DNA of 64,000 nucleotides from Candidatus Magasanikiibacteriota bacterium. Its GTDB lineage: Bacteria; Patescibacteriota; Patescibacteriia; Magasanikbacterales; GWA2-37-8. This document shows, piece by piece, positions 11,501-18,143 of the stretch (within the stretch, counting starts at the first letter, position 1; each line of letters opens with the position of its first letter). Both the position numbers and the translations under genes were made by a program. Below the pieces are notes generated by a model. That model was not told the origin of the DNA, did not search any database, and saw only the letters and a program-made list of their open reading frames with translations. The stretch lies in NCBI GenBank assembly GCA_963802255.1, contig CAWDHY010000001.1, positions 299,842 through 363,841 on the forward strand, given 5' to 3'.

Positions 11501-13778
11501 GCCTTTAACTCTTAATCAGTGGCACCATATTTTGGTAAGATTTGATGGCAATGGCACTGTCTATATGTATATTGATGGCGTCAACCAGAATACGCAAATG
11601 AGATTGCCAAATGGCGCGCTGTTCACGATTGACCCGGGTGATCCGTTTCCACAGATGGCTGCTAATACCGGTAATATTGAAATTGGTCAAAGTTTTAACG
11701 GCAAGATTGATAATGTGGCATTTTATGATTCTTTATTAATAAATTACGATCCAAATAATGAGGTGAACAATTTATACAAAGGGCTATGCATATTACACGA
11801 TCCAACTACTGGCTGGAGTGCTGAAGATCGCCGGTTTAGCTTTGCCTGCAATACCACTTCATACGCATATAGATATCAATACGCGAGTTCAACAGGTGCG
11901 TTTTTGCTGCGGGCTAATATGGAAAAATTCGCGAATATCTGGCCAGGCAATATGAACACGTTTAACAATGACTTCTTCGGCGGTTATGTGGATATATCAA
12001 CCGGAGTTTGTGCCGGAAATAATGAAATTTCTTCGCCGTACAATTTAGTCTGCGGAGACGGTGTGCTTGGCGGAACGGAGACATGCGACCCGCCGGGAAA
12101 AGTTGAAATAAATTCGTCTCTTTGTCCGGTTGGTCAGGCAATTAAGAAAACATGTTCTAGTAACTGTACCTGGGGAGCAACAACGAATATTAATTGTTAT
12201 TTGGCCACTGGTGGTTCTTGTGGAGACGGCAAATTGCAGACAGCAGCAGGTGAGAAATGCGATGATGGAGCGTTGAATGGCCAGAGCGGGCGGTGCGCAA
12301 CTGACTGCCAAGGCACTGTAAATACTTGCGGTAATGGGACTCTTGATGTAAGCGAGTTTTGCGACACTGTAACGGCCACGGGACAGTGCGAATTTATGCC
12401 AGGTGTAGAGCGAGAAATTGATCCGAAAGGCGAACCAATGTTTTATTTTTTGGTGGATTTGACTGGGACGATGGGGAGTGCTTTTCCCGGCGCTCCGTCC
12501 CCGGGGACAAGAGTAGCTATGGTAAAGTATTCACTGCCTCTTATTGCTGAACGTTTTAGTAATCCTGATTCGCGAGCTAAAATAGGAATCGGATCATATA
12601 ATTGCCCCGTTAATTCTTTTCATAATAAAGATTGGCTGCCAGGTACTAAGGGATATTTCACGTCTTCTCAAGTTCAGACAGCTATTTCGACCATGGTTCA
12701 GCAAACTGGACAAAATACCGACAGCGTTTTTGACTGGTTCAGGTATACAATTTTACCGATACTAAAAAGCGGAGTAGACGATGGCAAACCAATTAACCTT
12801 GTTTATATTACCGATGGAGGCAAAGCGGGATCGTGCACGCCTTATGGCGCTTTGTGTCCTACTGATAAAATTGCCGCTTTGTACAATGACTTAGGAGTTG
12901 TTACGCATATTATCGGAGTTGGTAATGTAGTGGAATGTGACCGTGAAATTATGGCAAACGCGGGACATGGACAATATCTTCAAATTACTGAGGGCGCTGA
13001 CTCATTAGCTGAGGCAATGATTGAAATATATAAAAAACCCTGCGAACAATATTCGCAGTATAACGGTTATTCCTGTCGTTGGGACTGTAAAGGACCTGGC
13101 GGATATTGTGGTGATGGAATTTTGCAATTTGAAAGTGGCGAGCAATGTGAAGCTGACCAGTCGTGTACAGTGTCTCCGGGCGGTGAATCTGGAATGCAGA
13201 AATGCGAAAGTTGCCAGTTGGGTGAGTGTGAAGCGATTGTTGAAGTTGAAGTTCCGGGACAGTGCGGGAATGATATTGTAGAGGAAGAAGAGGCCTGTGA
13301 TCGCGGTGATATGAATGGTGAGGCTTGTAATCCTTTATATCCGCAAAAGAAATGCACTTATTGTTCGTATGATTGCCGAAATGTAATTACTGTTGATAAT
13401 CTTTGTGGAAATGGTTTTCTGGACTCAGGAGAAGTGTGCGACCCTGAACATTGGTTAACCAATGGTTATAAACGTCAATATTTTATGGCTGATCATTGCG
13501 TACCGTGTAAAAATGATTGTTCGGGCTGGGATTATTCCATTGCCGAAGATAACACTCCGCAAAGTAATTGTGCGGATATTTGGGGATATTGCGGCAATGG
13601 CATAAAGGAATCGGTTTATTATGGGGAAATTTTGACGCCTTTTGAAAGTTGCGATGGAACCGATGGAGTAAATAATTGTCCTGAATGCTCGGAAACTTCC
13701 CCGGCTACTCCATTTAAGAAATGTAATTTTAATTGTTCATGTGGTTGTTCCGCTTTTATGCCTTTCTTTTCAATGTAA
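2586..13778 (+). CDS. giant (3730 aa) surface adhesin-like protein: T4SS-pilin-like N-module, poly-Gly linker, IPT/TIG repeats, three LamG/concanavalin-like domains, ~12 CGDG/EECD Cys-rich repeats, vWA domain
   Basis: Single uninterrupted ORF of 11.2 kb starting 10 nt after the previous stop. The N-module LGLPDTDIRVIAARIIRVALGFLGIIALVLILYAGFVWMTAGGNEENIQKAKRILMNAVIGLIIILSAYAIV is followed by G14. TIG-like motifs include SGQFFG, IGENFG, ITGKNFG. LamG signatures WNFDEGGTEITDISGNGHNG...DDLRIF, ...DDLRIY and KIDNVAFYD are present. Cys-rich repeats take the form CGNGTVEPLLGEECD. A vWA/MIDAS-like FYFLVDLTGTMGS...ITDGG is present. Confidence 0.7.
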   Translation: MMQKLNWKKLLLVTLFLAGIGVFLLAAVSLAQTNVPDLGLEPVGQELGLPDTDIRVIAARIIRVALGFLGIIALVLILYAGFVWMTAGGNEENIQKAKRILMNAVIGLIIILSAYAIVSFVLSSLLSATTGGDGGGGGGGGGGGGFSKVFYITSMPGNDFGCGARNLHPVIRFNKPVDLTTIENNLVLRKKIDASPANGEWVFQVVNSVPITSAVVFNPVGDCGIEGHNDCLDANSTYQIFFANATNIKSQSPDILNLNCNVGDYKNQCKNDPSVEFATGDGVDVENPTITIINPFDGQSFGQGQSVSVEVIFTDNFGLQDLALFINSSSVPVDTASITGCQKSGTSTLVWPTGSSPTGTYALTALATDFAANYSTDIRNISLVPLHCFDSLLNFGETIAGPPACGDGCGNCSGEPCTQNSDCASGWCEDGICIDKIRINLFDPLDGAASSTYVTISGQFFGDDGGHVYFTKQGGGWTEAFIVSCGAGIDNWTPYQLVVKVPPNADDGPIKVAHASAPSDGSDDITRRYTDITDDTSWGYYKNFNVNDVIKPGLCALIPSYGPPYSSTTLIGENFGATNNSAQDKVMFSSSTALIRDWASRTVTARVPALGTGPVAVKILNEGEESNAVRFDVRESLDNDTPVIESINPEDGAKGEYITITGKNFGNNVGKVLFKFEGEGEAKYGSFDFPADCEGSTWSNNQIIVKFPEDEPVVVDHDYSVQIQRSSDAKIGPIGAYFQLHSGNPAPGICKLSPSSGPVPFNPSSSMKIYGEYYQRGGSTSTPYFWQLEASTTTIEDRVEATDIIQESDQQAELRPPEDSQTGPVVMHRASENKTGNSLPFTVYNCVENNNICYSPGTRCCTSGADAGACKLEFDLCAGQTRSTGYMWRFSTGPFPPVPKVMERCDAGTDAGENLPSPSPDIRWTGLGNFDHFNACRTSLVNIEFTMKMDPATINATNVQIFKCVSSSVTTTFANDINTCTHDGAALIMADGSYELDTGSGGEFGDTSFMQMIPSALRWADNTWYQVVLKKGVKSLPSQYEYKGEIKTLPAQNLTTNNPCGTDTAYCFIFKTDTRDCKLNKVVVTPYTYWTSILESPIKYRTIKSNADDLGSTLYYKGNGLSDQHCIMMDMRSFNWSWDTQRPPYSMIYGTSTLQKSQATALANTVAVGLADPENAVMIRATASRGGIGSSVEPPLVDPTLFPMAGWWNFDEGGTEITDISGNGHNGVIQGPATFVPGKIGSAIYLNGSGNYVPLESPLSLPGGLSSRTMCAWGKPDDISGGWRWMMAYGRGASGQAMFIGMNGTSLDGGAYGGGYDIIVNDFWSAGVWRHICLTYNGSVARLYADGSEIGHLNVGWNLQLQKAYIGAQVHSSANEFWKGAIDDLRIFDYALSQEEIVALYEYGNSGGILGGGGSVEYEEKMGQSPLTIDLSRPKVVDYWPKCLEACTNAEIGAKFNVIMANANIENAVKLVRCLDENCASTVPVGEISKIIDSADRRYIKLNFGILGGELATDTVYAVTLSTTGTSTAISNYQLWSGASATDEYAKAKPMQEEFIWRFKTKKEKCVLDKVNIIPALFQAVFINDRHVYSSEARSAPDACDPKGQKLDTWTIDWDWSSSASDVATVQEFKTKGRSPVCNNNCVRKGSDITSDALTFEPLCGNASVEAGEDCDPPFISVVGSVTTTACTLNCLRPGNEFTATCGNGTVEPLLGEECDPADDATKVGCSKNCLHIGSVAATGAEDVTASICGNGKIGMGEECDLGMAVDYTKSTSSLYCSPYCLHLGTSLSSGWCANNTSTLFGQVEYLSACAKSKSQCGDGIRDPSEDPGCDCGEGNVPNSSHMCVCNGVMISANDLDQCLKVNPACSAKCLGNSRLLAECNPLSTTTVGGITVVRATEGCGDNSQYQGSSLMYSVPSLCGDGIVGIGEENDCESGFLFTHSLTDPWTLATGVGLGAVVTSSSGIPSQVTNIQGTGSSTVNSKNYQKSGTGKFEIICGYSTDIECQDLLGDEYGLASNSCCMPRPWLISTYPDKNDINPPYDICPNTYIEAKFNHLIDENTLINQIYVARGYTTPSCPTGTVDVTPFVSDYEILVIDKGPWYKRLWHGIVNWFARIFGDETSAAPIEITATKYCSEGVLPPAKVAVEGSMSGANTTSSVMIRLNTPLATSTDYVVIFRPGVKDVRGVSVATSTQWKFITGPKICELNRVAINPDNYMFNRSGSSSSFVASSSAINGQSIQPVEGYRWEYEWSPMQSDVVSLTNTTDTINIVTAKNRNGELDLLATAKFTENWFFFDSPSLSGKSRIVVFLCENPWPSSSTIDFPFKEIEYDFTTYYCMDKGSPGFADDMPYVTSSRVWIQETNPFKKRYLFTNSDNKDAIGMQVFYNPEHLSVSEWYTAQGFRGNMNSLKIDGYDAISDGNNYYVDALSFSNANNIYSNIYQFSINNDATNDGKEIFKQMMENIKFNSGLINDKYCAVGYGPMDTVRYDMACESDLDCLANMEAFKKVYPTSTLSAYNCLNQKDKLQRNYQRLKDMRQAVSIINYGRGAIAVLPMDSVNYGKTPDITKKGNDLTITDSNGISLVGGALKLSGSGRLETEASIGLMVGSKSFTVTGKINTVLDEATRLMRITNSTGDGMSLELSNEGKMTVCNGPEVGTMCISPASCSTMPSLNDGSWHNFALDFTQSSPDKIRVYIDGELACSSTGSFPSMPSSAKLVIGGYSSDNIFDGSIDDLRIYTRDLSEDEISALYANNLPYKGSYPTINENTYLNGQAISVWDNSWTQLGTEAGMSLPIDPINRLVQSGTCFQKTGISYSACYKDSDCAVIPQLSNRQSYWSADYETTDEGVLKNNAAIEGSVDYGDGKGHGKAFEFSGDSTAKVMAAHNNAYNSSQFTVSAWIYPTKKNTATIIKHGGTDGNGISQGGFALEYSGFWTGVVGSSVVTRFNNGTVRFAFFTTSTSETKYYSLDSNGTPLTLNQWHHILVRFDGNGTVYMYIDGVNQNTQMRLPNGALFTIDPGDPFPQMAANTGNIEIGQSFNGKIDNVAFYDSLLINYDPNNEVNNLYKGLCILHDPTTGWSAEDRRFSFACNTTSYAYRYQYASSTGAFLLRANMEKFANIWPGNMNTFNNDFFGGYVDISTGVCAGNNEISSPYNLVCGDGVLGGTETCDPPGKVEINSSLCPVGQAIKKTCSSNCTWGATTNINCYLATGGSCGDGKLQTAAGEKCDDGALNGQSGRCATDCQGTVNTCGNGTLDVSEFCDTVTATGQCEFMPGVEREIDPKGEPMFYFLVDLTGTMGSAFPGAPSPGTRVAMVKYSLPLIAERFSNPDSRAKIGIGSYNCPVNSFHNKDWLPGTKGYFTSSQVQTAISTMVQQTGQNTDSVFDWFRYTILPILKSGVDDGKPINLVYITDGGKAGSCTPYGALCPTDKIAALYNDLGVVTHIIGVGNVVECDREIMANAGHGQYLQITEGADSLAEAMIEIYKKPCEQYSQYNGYSCRWDCKGPGGYCGDGILQFESGEQCEADQSCTVSPGGESGMQKCESCQLGECEAIVEVEVPGQCGNDIVEEEEACDRGDMNGEACNPLYPQKKCTYCSYDCRNVITVDNLCGNGFLDSGEVCDPEHWLTNGYKRQYFMADHCVPCKNDCSGWDYSIAEDNTPQSNCADIWGYCGNGIKESVYYGEILTPFESCDGTDGVNNCPECSETSPATPFKKCNFNCSCGCSAFMPFFSM
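2978..3020 (+). repeat. (GGC/GGA/GGT)n simple repeat encoding a 14-residue poly-Gly linker
   Basis: ggcggtgatggcggcggcggaggcggtggcggcggcggcggagga read directly. The protein reads GGDGGGGGGGGGGGGG. Confidence 0.6.
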
Positions 13779-13799
13779 TAATAAATATTAATATTTTTT

Positions 13800-14615
13800 A
13801 TGTTTGACGATATCCCAAACAAAAATTCCAACCCACCGCAAAATTTACCTACTGAACCGGTTGATATGTTTGCTGGCGTGGAAGAAGGCGGAGAACCCAC
13901 GCCCGGAACGCAAGGTCCTTCAGCTCTTGATGCCGGTATACTCAGAAAAAAGCCGGCTGGAATGCAGGTACCCCCCGCAGAAATTGCTCAAGGGGGTGAG
14001 CCTACGGTCTACTCTGTTAAAGAGCCGGTTTTAGGAAAGGTAATTGGTTTCTTTATTTTTTTGATTGTTGCCGCTGGAGTGGGATATGGCGGCTGGCGCT
14101 TATATTCTTACTTAACTCAAAAGAGCGACTCATTACCGGCAGAGACGAATAATTTGACTGAACAGCAAAATCAGACTCCGGTTTCAGAAGAGCCAGTTGA
14201 AGATCTGTTTGGAACGGAACCGGCTACGCTTTTTGATACGAGTACTGAGTCGATGATGACAAGTACCGAAACGGGAAATGAGCCTATAATATTCGGAGAG
14301 GCGATCGATACAGATAAAGATGGTTTAGATGATACACGGGAAGAAGAGGCCGGAACGGATATGTCTAATCCGGATACAGATGAGGATGGTTTGACTGATG
14401 GTGATGAAGTGATTATTTGGAAAACCAATCCTTTAAATCCTGATTCCGATGGTGACAGTTATTTAGATGGTGATGAGGTCAGGCACGGATATAGCCCACT
14501 TGGTCCCGGAAAGTTGTTTAATGATTCAAGTACTGTAACAAGTTCGGTTGTCACTTCAACGGCTACCACTTCTACCGCCGAGGATGACATTATTAATGAG
14601 ACGCCGGAATTATAA
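13800..14615 (+). CDS. single-pass membrane protein with thrombospondin-type-3-like Ca-binding acidic repeats
   Basis: TM segment VIGFFIFLIVAAGVGYGGW. The extracellular part carries repeats DTDKDGLDDT / NPDTDEDGLTDGDE / NPDSDGDSYLDGDE. It starts 21 nt after the giant gene. Confidence 0.5.
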   Translation: MFDDIPNKNSNPPQNLPTEPVDMFAGVEEGGEPTPGTQGPSALDAGILRKKPAGMQVPPAEIAQGGEPTVYSVKEPVLGKVIGFFIFLIVAAGVGYGGWRLYSYLTQKSDSLPAETNNLTEQQNQTPVSEEPVEDLFGTEPATLFDTSTESMMTSTETGNEPIIFGEAIDTDKDGLDDTREEEAGTDMSNPDTDEDGLTDGDEVIIWKTNPLNPDSDGDSYLDGDEVRHGYSPLGPGKLFNDSSTVTSSVVTSTATTSTAEDDIINETPEL

Positions 14616-14618
14616 AAT

Positions 14619-15839
14619 ATGTTTGGAAGTAAGGAGAGTAAAAATTTAGAAATGCCGGAAACGAATATACCGGTGGTTACAATGCCGCGTGATTTTTATG
14701 CAGGCGCGAATCCAACGGTTAAATTCAAAGAAGTTGAACAGACGGTAGATTTGAAAAAATTTACCGGTGTAAAAGAGCATGAAAAAAAGGCCTTTCAATC
14801 GGCAACGGCTGCTCAAGGAGCGGCAAACTTACTTTCTAAACGTTGGATATGGGTTGTGGGGAGTACAGTCTTGTTTTTGTTGTTTGCCGGAGGAGCGGGC
14901 ATTTATTACTGGTGGCAAGGGCGGGCTAAAATTGTTAGTCCGACACCTGTGTTACCGCCTATTACTGCTCCTGCAGTCGTAGAAGAGCCTGTGACGCCTG
15001 TTGTAACCGAACCGGCTACAACAACGCCGGAGCCTGAAATTCCGACAGTAACAGAGCCAGGCCTGGAATTTCCATCAAAATTATTAGCTGAAAGCGTTGA
15101 TTTTGACTCAGATAAAATCAGCGACATGGCGGAAGAGCTTTTTGGGACAGATCCTTCAAATGCTGACTCCGATAATGACTCTTATCAGGATGGTCACGAA
15201 ATATATTATCTTTACAATCCGAATGGAGAAGAGCCAAAAACCTTGATTGACTCCGGTTATGTCAGGAATTATATTAATTCGCGTTTCGGATATGAGTTGT
15301 ATTATCCGGCAAATTGGGCGATTGGCGCGGTTGATGTTGAAGGCAGACAGGTTCTTTTCAGTACACTAACCGGAGAAAATATTGAAGCGAGAGTGTTTGA
15401 TTTGGCTCCCGGCCAGACGTTTGGTGAATGGTTTGCATTCAATGCCTCGCAGGAAAACGCCGGTGATTATTCAGAGATGTCAAGCAGGTTCAATGCGAAC
15501 GCGATAATGCGCAACGACGGTTTGGTATACATTTTTTATGACAATCAGCGTGTTATTACCTTGCTCTATCATACCACCGGTTCAAACACAGTTAATTATA
15601 AAGTTGTATTACAGGTAATGGCGCGTAGTTTAAAAATTGGCGAACCGATTTCGCCTGCCATGAGGCCGGCGGAAGAGCTGGAAATGATGCCTGAAGATAA
15701 ATTTCCGGAAGAAACAGCAACCGAAAATGTTGAAGCTGAGGAGCCGATAGGAGCAGTGGGAGATGAAGAAGAAATGACGGTTCCCGCGGAAAGTGATGTG
15801 ATGACGACCACAGAAGAATCACCGGAGCCGGAATTATGA
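14619..15839 (+). CDS. single-pass membrane protein, Pro/Thr/Glu-rich ectodomain (paralog-like of previous gene)
   Basis: TM segment WIWVVGSTVLFLLFAGGAGIYYWW. It shares the motif NADSDNDSYQDGHE with the previous protein. It begins 3 nt after the previous stop and overlaps ybeY through ATGA. Confidence 0.45.
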   Translation: MFGSKESKNLEMPETNIPVVTMPRDFYAGANPTVKFKEVEQTVDLKKFTGVKEHEKKAFQSATAAQGAANLLSKRWIWVVGSTVLFLLFAGGAGIYYWWQGRAKIVSPTPVLPPITAPAVVEEPVTPVVTEPATTTPEPEIPTVTEPGLEFPSKLLAESVDFDSDKISDMAEELFGTDPSNADSDNDSYQDGHEIYYLYNPNGEEPKTLIDSGYVRNYINSRFGYELYYPANWAIGAVDVEGRQVLFSTLTGENIEARVFDLAPGQTFGEWFAFNASQENAGDYSEMSSRFNANAIMRNDGLVYIFYDNQRVITLLYHTTGSNTVNYKVVLQVMARSLKIGEPISPAMRPAEELEMMPEDKFPEETATENVEAEEPIGAVGDEEEMTVPAESDVMTTTEESPEPEL

Positions 15840-16264
15840 TAAAAATTATTTTTTTTAATGAAAATAAATATACGGTTGCAGAAAGTTTTGTACAAAAAAT
15901 TGCTATGGTGGCGGCAAGCCACGAAAAAAAATTATCCGGGATCATTGAATTAGCACTTGTAGACAATTCAAAAATTCGTAGTCTTAACCGGATTTGGCGC
16001 GGAAAAAATAAAATAACCGACGTACTGTCGTTTGCCTGGACTGAAGAGAAAAAAATTACCGGAGAAATGTTGGGACAAATTTTTATTTCATACCCAAGAA
16101 TATTGAAACAGTCAAAAGAGTATAATGTGCCGGTGAAAGAAGAATTGGCAAGAATGATAACGCACGGGTTATTGCACCTTGCCGGTTATAAGCATGGTCA
16201 AACGAAGAATGCGAAAAAAATGTTTGCTTTACAAGAGGTAATATTAACGAAAGTATTACAATAA
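15836..16264 (+). CDS. ybeY: rRNA maturation endoribonuclease YbeY
   Basis: 142 aa with the metal-binding motif ITHGLLHLAGYKH (H-x3-H-x5-H). Confidence 0.8.
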   Translation: MIKIIFFNENKYTVAESFVQKIAMVAASHEKKLSGIIELALVDNSKIRSLNRIWRGKNKITDVLSFAWTEEKKITGEMLGQIFISYPRILKQSKEYNVPVKEELARMITHGLLHLAGYKHGQTKNAKKMFALQEVILTKVLQ

Positions 16265-16267
16265 TTT

Positions 16268-16633
16268 ATGTCAGTAAAAAGATTTGCTCAAAGTTTTAAG
16301 GATGCCATGAATGGTATTCGTCACGCGTTTGAAAATGAGCAAAATTTTCGTTTTCAAATGATAGCCGGATTGGTCGTTTTATTTTTTGCCGTCTGGCTTC
16401 CCATCCGTGAATCAGAGCGACTATTGATTGTCATCATGGTTTTTATGGTATTGGTGATGGAATTGCTTAATACGGCAATTGAGTTGTTTATTGATCTGCT
16501 TAAACCCCGTCTGCACCATTATGCCAAAGCGGTGAAGGATATTATGGCGGGAGCGGTATTTTTGACGTCATTTGCGGCTTTAATTGTCGGAATAATAATA
16601 TTTGGACCATTTTTATTTTCACTATTTAAGTAA
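16268..16633 (+). CDS. dgkA: diacylglycerol/undecaprenol kinase family protein
   Basis: 121-aa three-TM protein carrying the DAGK signature ELLNTAIE. Confidence 0.8.
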   Translation: MSVKRFAQSFKDAMNGIRHAFENEQNFRFQMIAGLVVLFFAVWLPIRESERLLIVIMVFMVLVMELLNTAIELFIDLLKPRLHHYAKAVKDIMAGAVFLTSFAALIVGIIIFGPFLFSLFK

Positions 16634-16657
16634 AGCGTTCACAACGTCGGATAAAAA

Positions 16658-17947
16658 ATGTATACTGTAGCTATGTCAAGAAGAGATGAAAATATTATCG
16701 CCGGTTTGGACATTGGCTCGTCAAATGTCCGGATGGCTGTTGGTAAAATTACGGACCCCGGTTCGGAAGATGAGGCGCTTCAGATTTTGGGTTTGGTGGA
16801 AGTACCGGCTGAAGGAGTATCGAAAGGTATCGTTACGAGCATAGAGGATGTTGTATCCTCTGTTTCGTCGTGTCTTGAAAATACGGAACGTTCTATTGGA
16901 GTGCCCATTGAAAGTGTTTGGCTGGGCATCTCGGGGACTCAAACAATGATTCAAAATAGCCGTGGCTACGCTGCTGTGGCAAAATCCGACAATGAAATTA
17001 CGCCAGCCGATGTTGAACGGGCATTGGAATCTTCCCGTTCCGTTTCCACGCCATTAAATTATGAGATATTGCATGTTACTCCGCGCAGTTACAATGTTGA
17101 CGGTCAGGGAGGTATTAAAGACCCGGTGGGCATGACTGGTATGCGTCTTGAAGTGGATACAAAGATTATTCTCGGCCAATCATCACAAATAAAAAATTTA
17201 ACCAGGGCTGTATATCGGGCGGGGCTGGAAATTAATGATATTGTGTTATCACCATTGGCCGTTTCAAATTTATTATTAACTTCAAGGCAGAAGGACCTCG
17301 GCGTAGTCATGATTAATATCGGTGGTCAAACGACAAGTATTACTGTCTATGAAGAGAGTGACTTGCTTCATTCCACTTCATTGCCGATTGGCTCTGCCCA
17401 TATTACAAACGATTTAGCTGTCGGTCTGCGCGCCTCAGTTGATGTGGTTGAAAAATTGAAGGTTGAATACGGGGATTGTTCGTCCGATGCATACGGCCGG
17501 GGAGATGAAGTTGATTTGTTTGAACTTGGTGCGACAGAACATGAACTTTTTAAACTTAAAGATGTAAGTTCAATTATTGAAGCAAGGGTGGAAGAAATTT
17601 TTTATTTGGTTGACCAGGAGCTTAAAAAAATTCATCGGGGCGGATTATTGCCTGCCGGCGCAGTACTCACCGGGGGTGGGTCAAAATTACGGGGAGTTGT
17701 CGAAGAGGCAAAGAAAAATTTGCGCTTACCTGCCATAATGGGTTATCCGCTCGGATTGGTTGGATCGGTTGATCAGGCGAATGACCAGGGGTATTCAACC
17801 GCTATTGGGCTTGTTAAATGGGGGAGCGAAATGCTTTTTCAAAATACGCGTTCCCGGTCTGGGAAGGGCGATATATGGGGTTCGTTAAAAAAGTCTTTAG
17901 GTTTTAAGGGCAGATTAAAAAAGACGATAAGTTCGCTTATTCCGTAG
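16658..17947 (+). CDS. ftsA: cell division protein FtsA
   Basis: Actin-fold N-terminus IIAGLDIGSSNVRMAVGKI. The length (429 aa) and the position upstream of ftsZ both fit FtsA. Confidence 0.9.
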   Translation: MYTVAMSRRDENIIAGLDIGSSNVRMAVGKITDPGSEDEALQILGLVEVPAEGVSKGIVTSIEDVVSSVSSCLENTERSIGVPIESVWLGISGTQTMIQNSRGYAAVAKSDNEITPADVERALESSRSVSTPLNYEILHVTPRSYNVDGQGGIKDPVGMTGMRLEVDTKIILGQSSQIKNLTRAVYRAGLEINDIVLSPLAVSNLLLTSRQKDLGVVMINIGGQTTSITVYEESDLLHSTSLPIGSAHITNDLAVGLRASVDVVEKLKVEYGDCSSDAYGRGDEVDLFELGATEHELFKLKDVSSIIEARVEEIFYLVDQELKKIHRGGLLPAGAVLTGGGSKLRGVVEEAKKNLRLPAIMGYPLGLVGSVDQANDQGYSTAIGLVKWGSEMLFQNTRSRSGKGDIWGSLKKSLGFKGRLKKTISSLIP

Positions 17948-18038
17948 TACTGCGATTTTTCAGTGTATTTTTGAAAGAATGATTGTCTAATAAGTTTATA
18001 CCCAGTGTTTACAGGGCGTTTCAACGCATTATTAAGGG

Positions 18039-18097
18039 TTGACACTAAAGCTTAAAAAAATGTACAATACATAGCGAAGTTTATCTTCGCTATTTTT
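18039..18097 (+). promoter_or_regulatory. near-consensus sigma70-like promoter (TTGACA-N18-TACAAT) followed immediately by a hairpin plus T-tract, upstream of ftsZ
   Basis: ttgaca at 18039-18044, tacaat at 18063-18068. Hairpin tagcgaagtttatcttcgcta at 18072-18092, then ttttt. Confidence 0.4.
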
Positions 18098-18143
18098 CAT
18101 TAATACATTGAATACATAAATTGTTCATCCTGTAAAATAATTC

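Noticed and set aside
2886-13357. Dozens of 60-140-aa ORFs on the - strand, and on alternative + frames, inside the giant gene (for example 4265-4687, 7463-7876, 7886-8293, 10259-10588).
   Set aside because: All lie wholly within the continuous 3730-aa ORF, have no RBS or motifs, and show the amino-acid bias expected of antisense translation.
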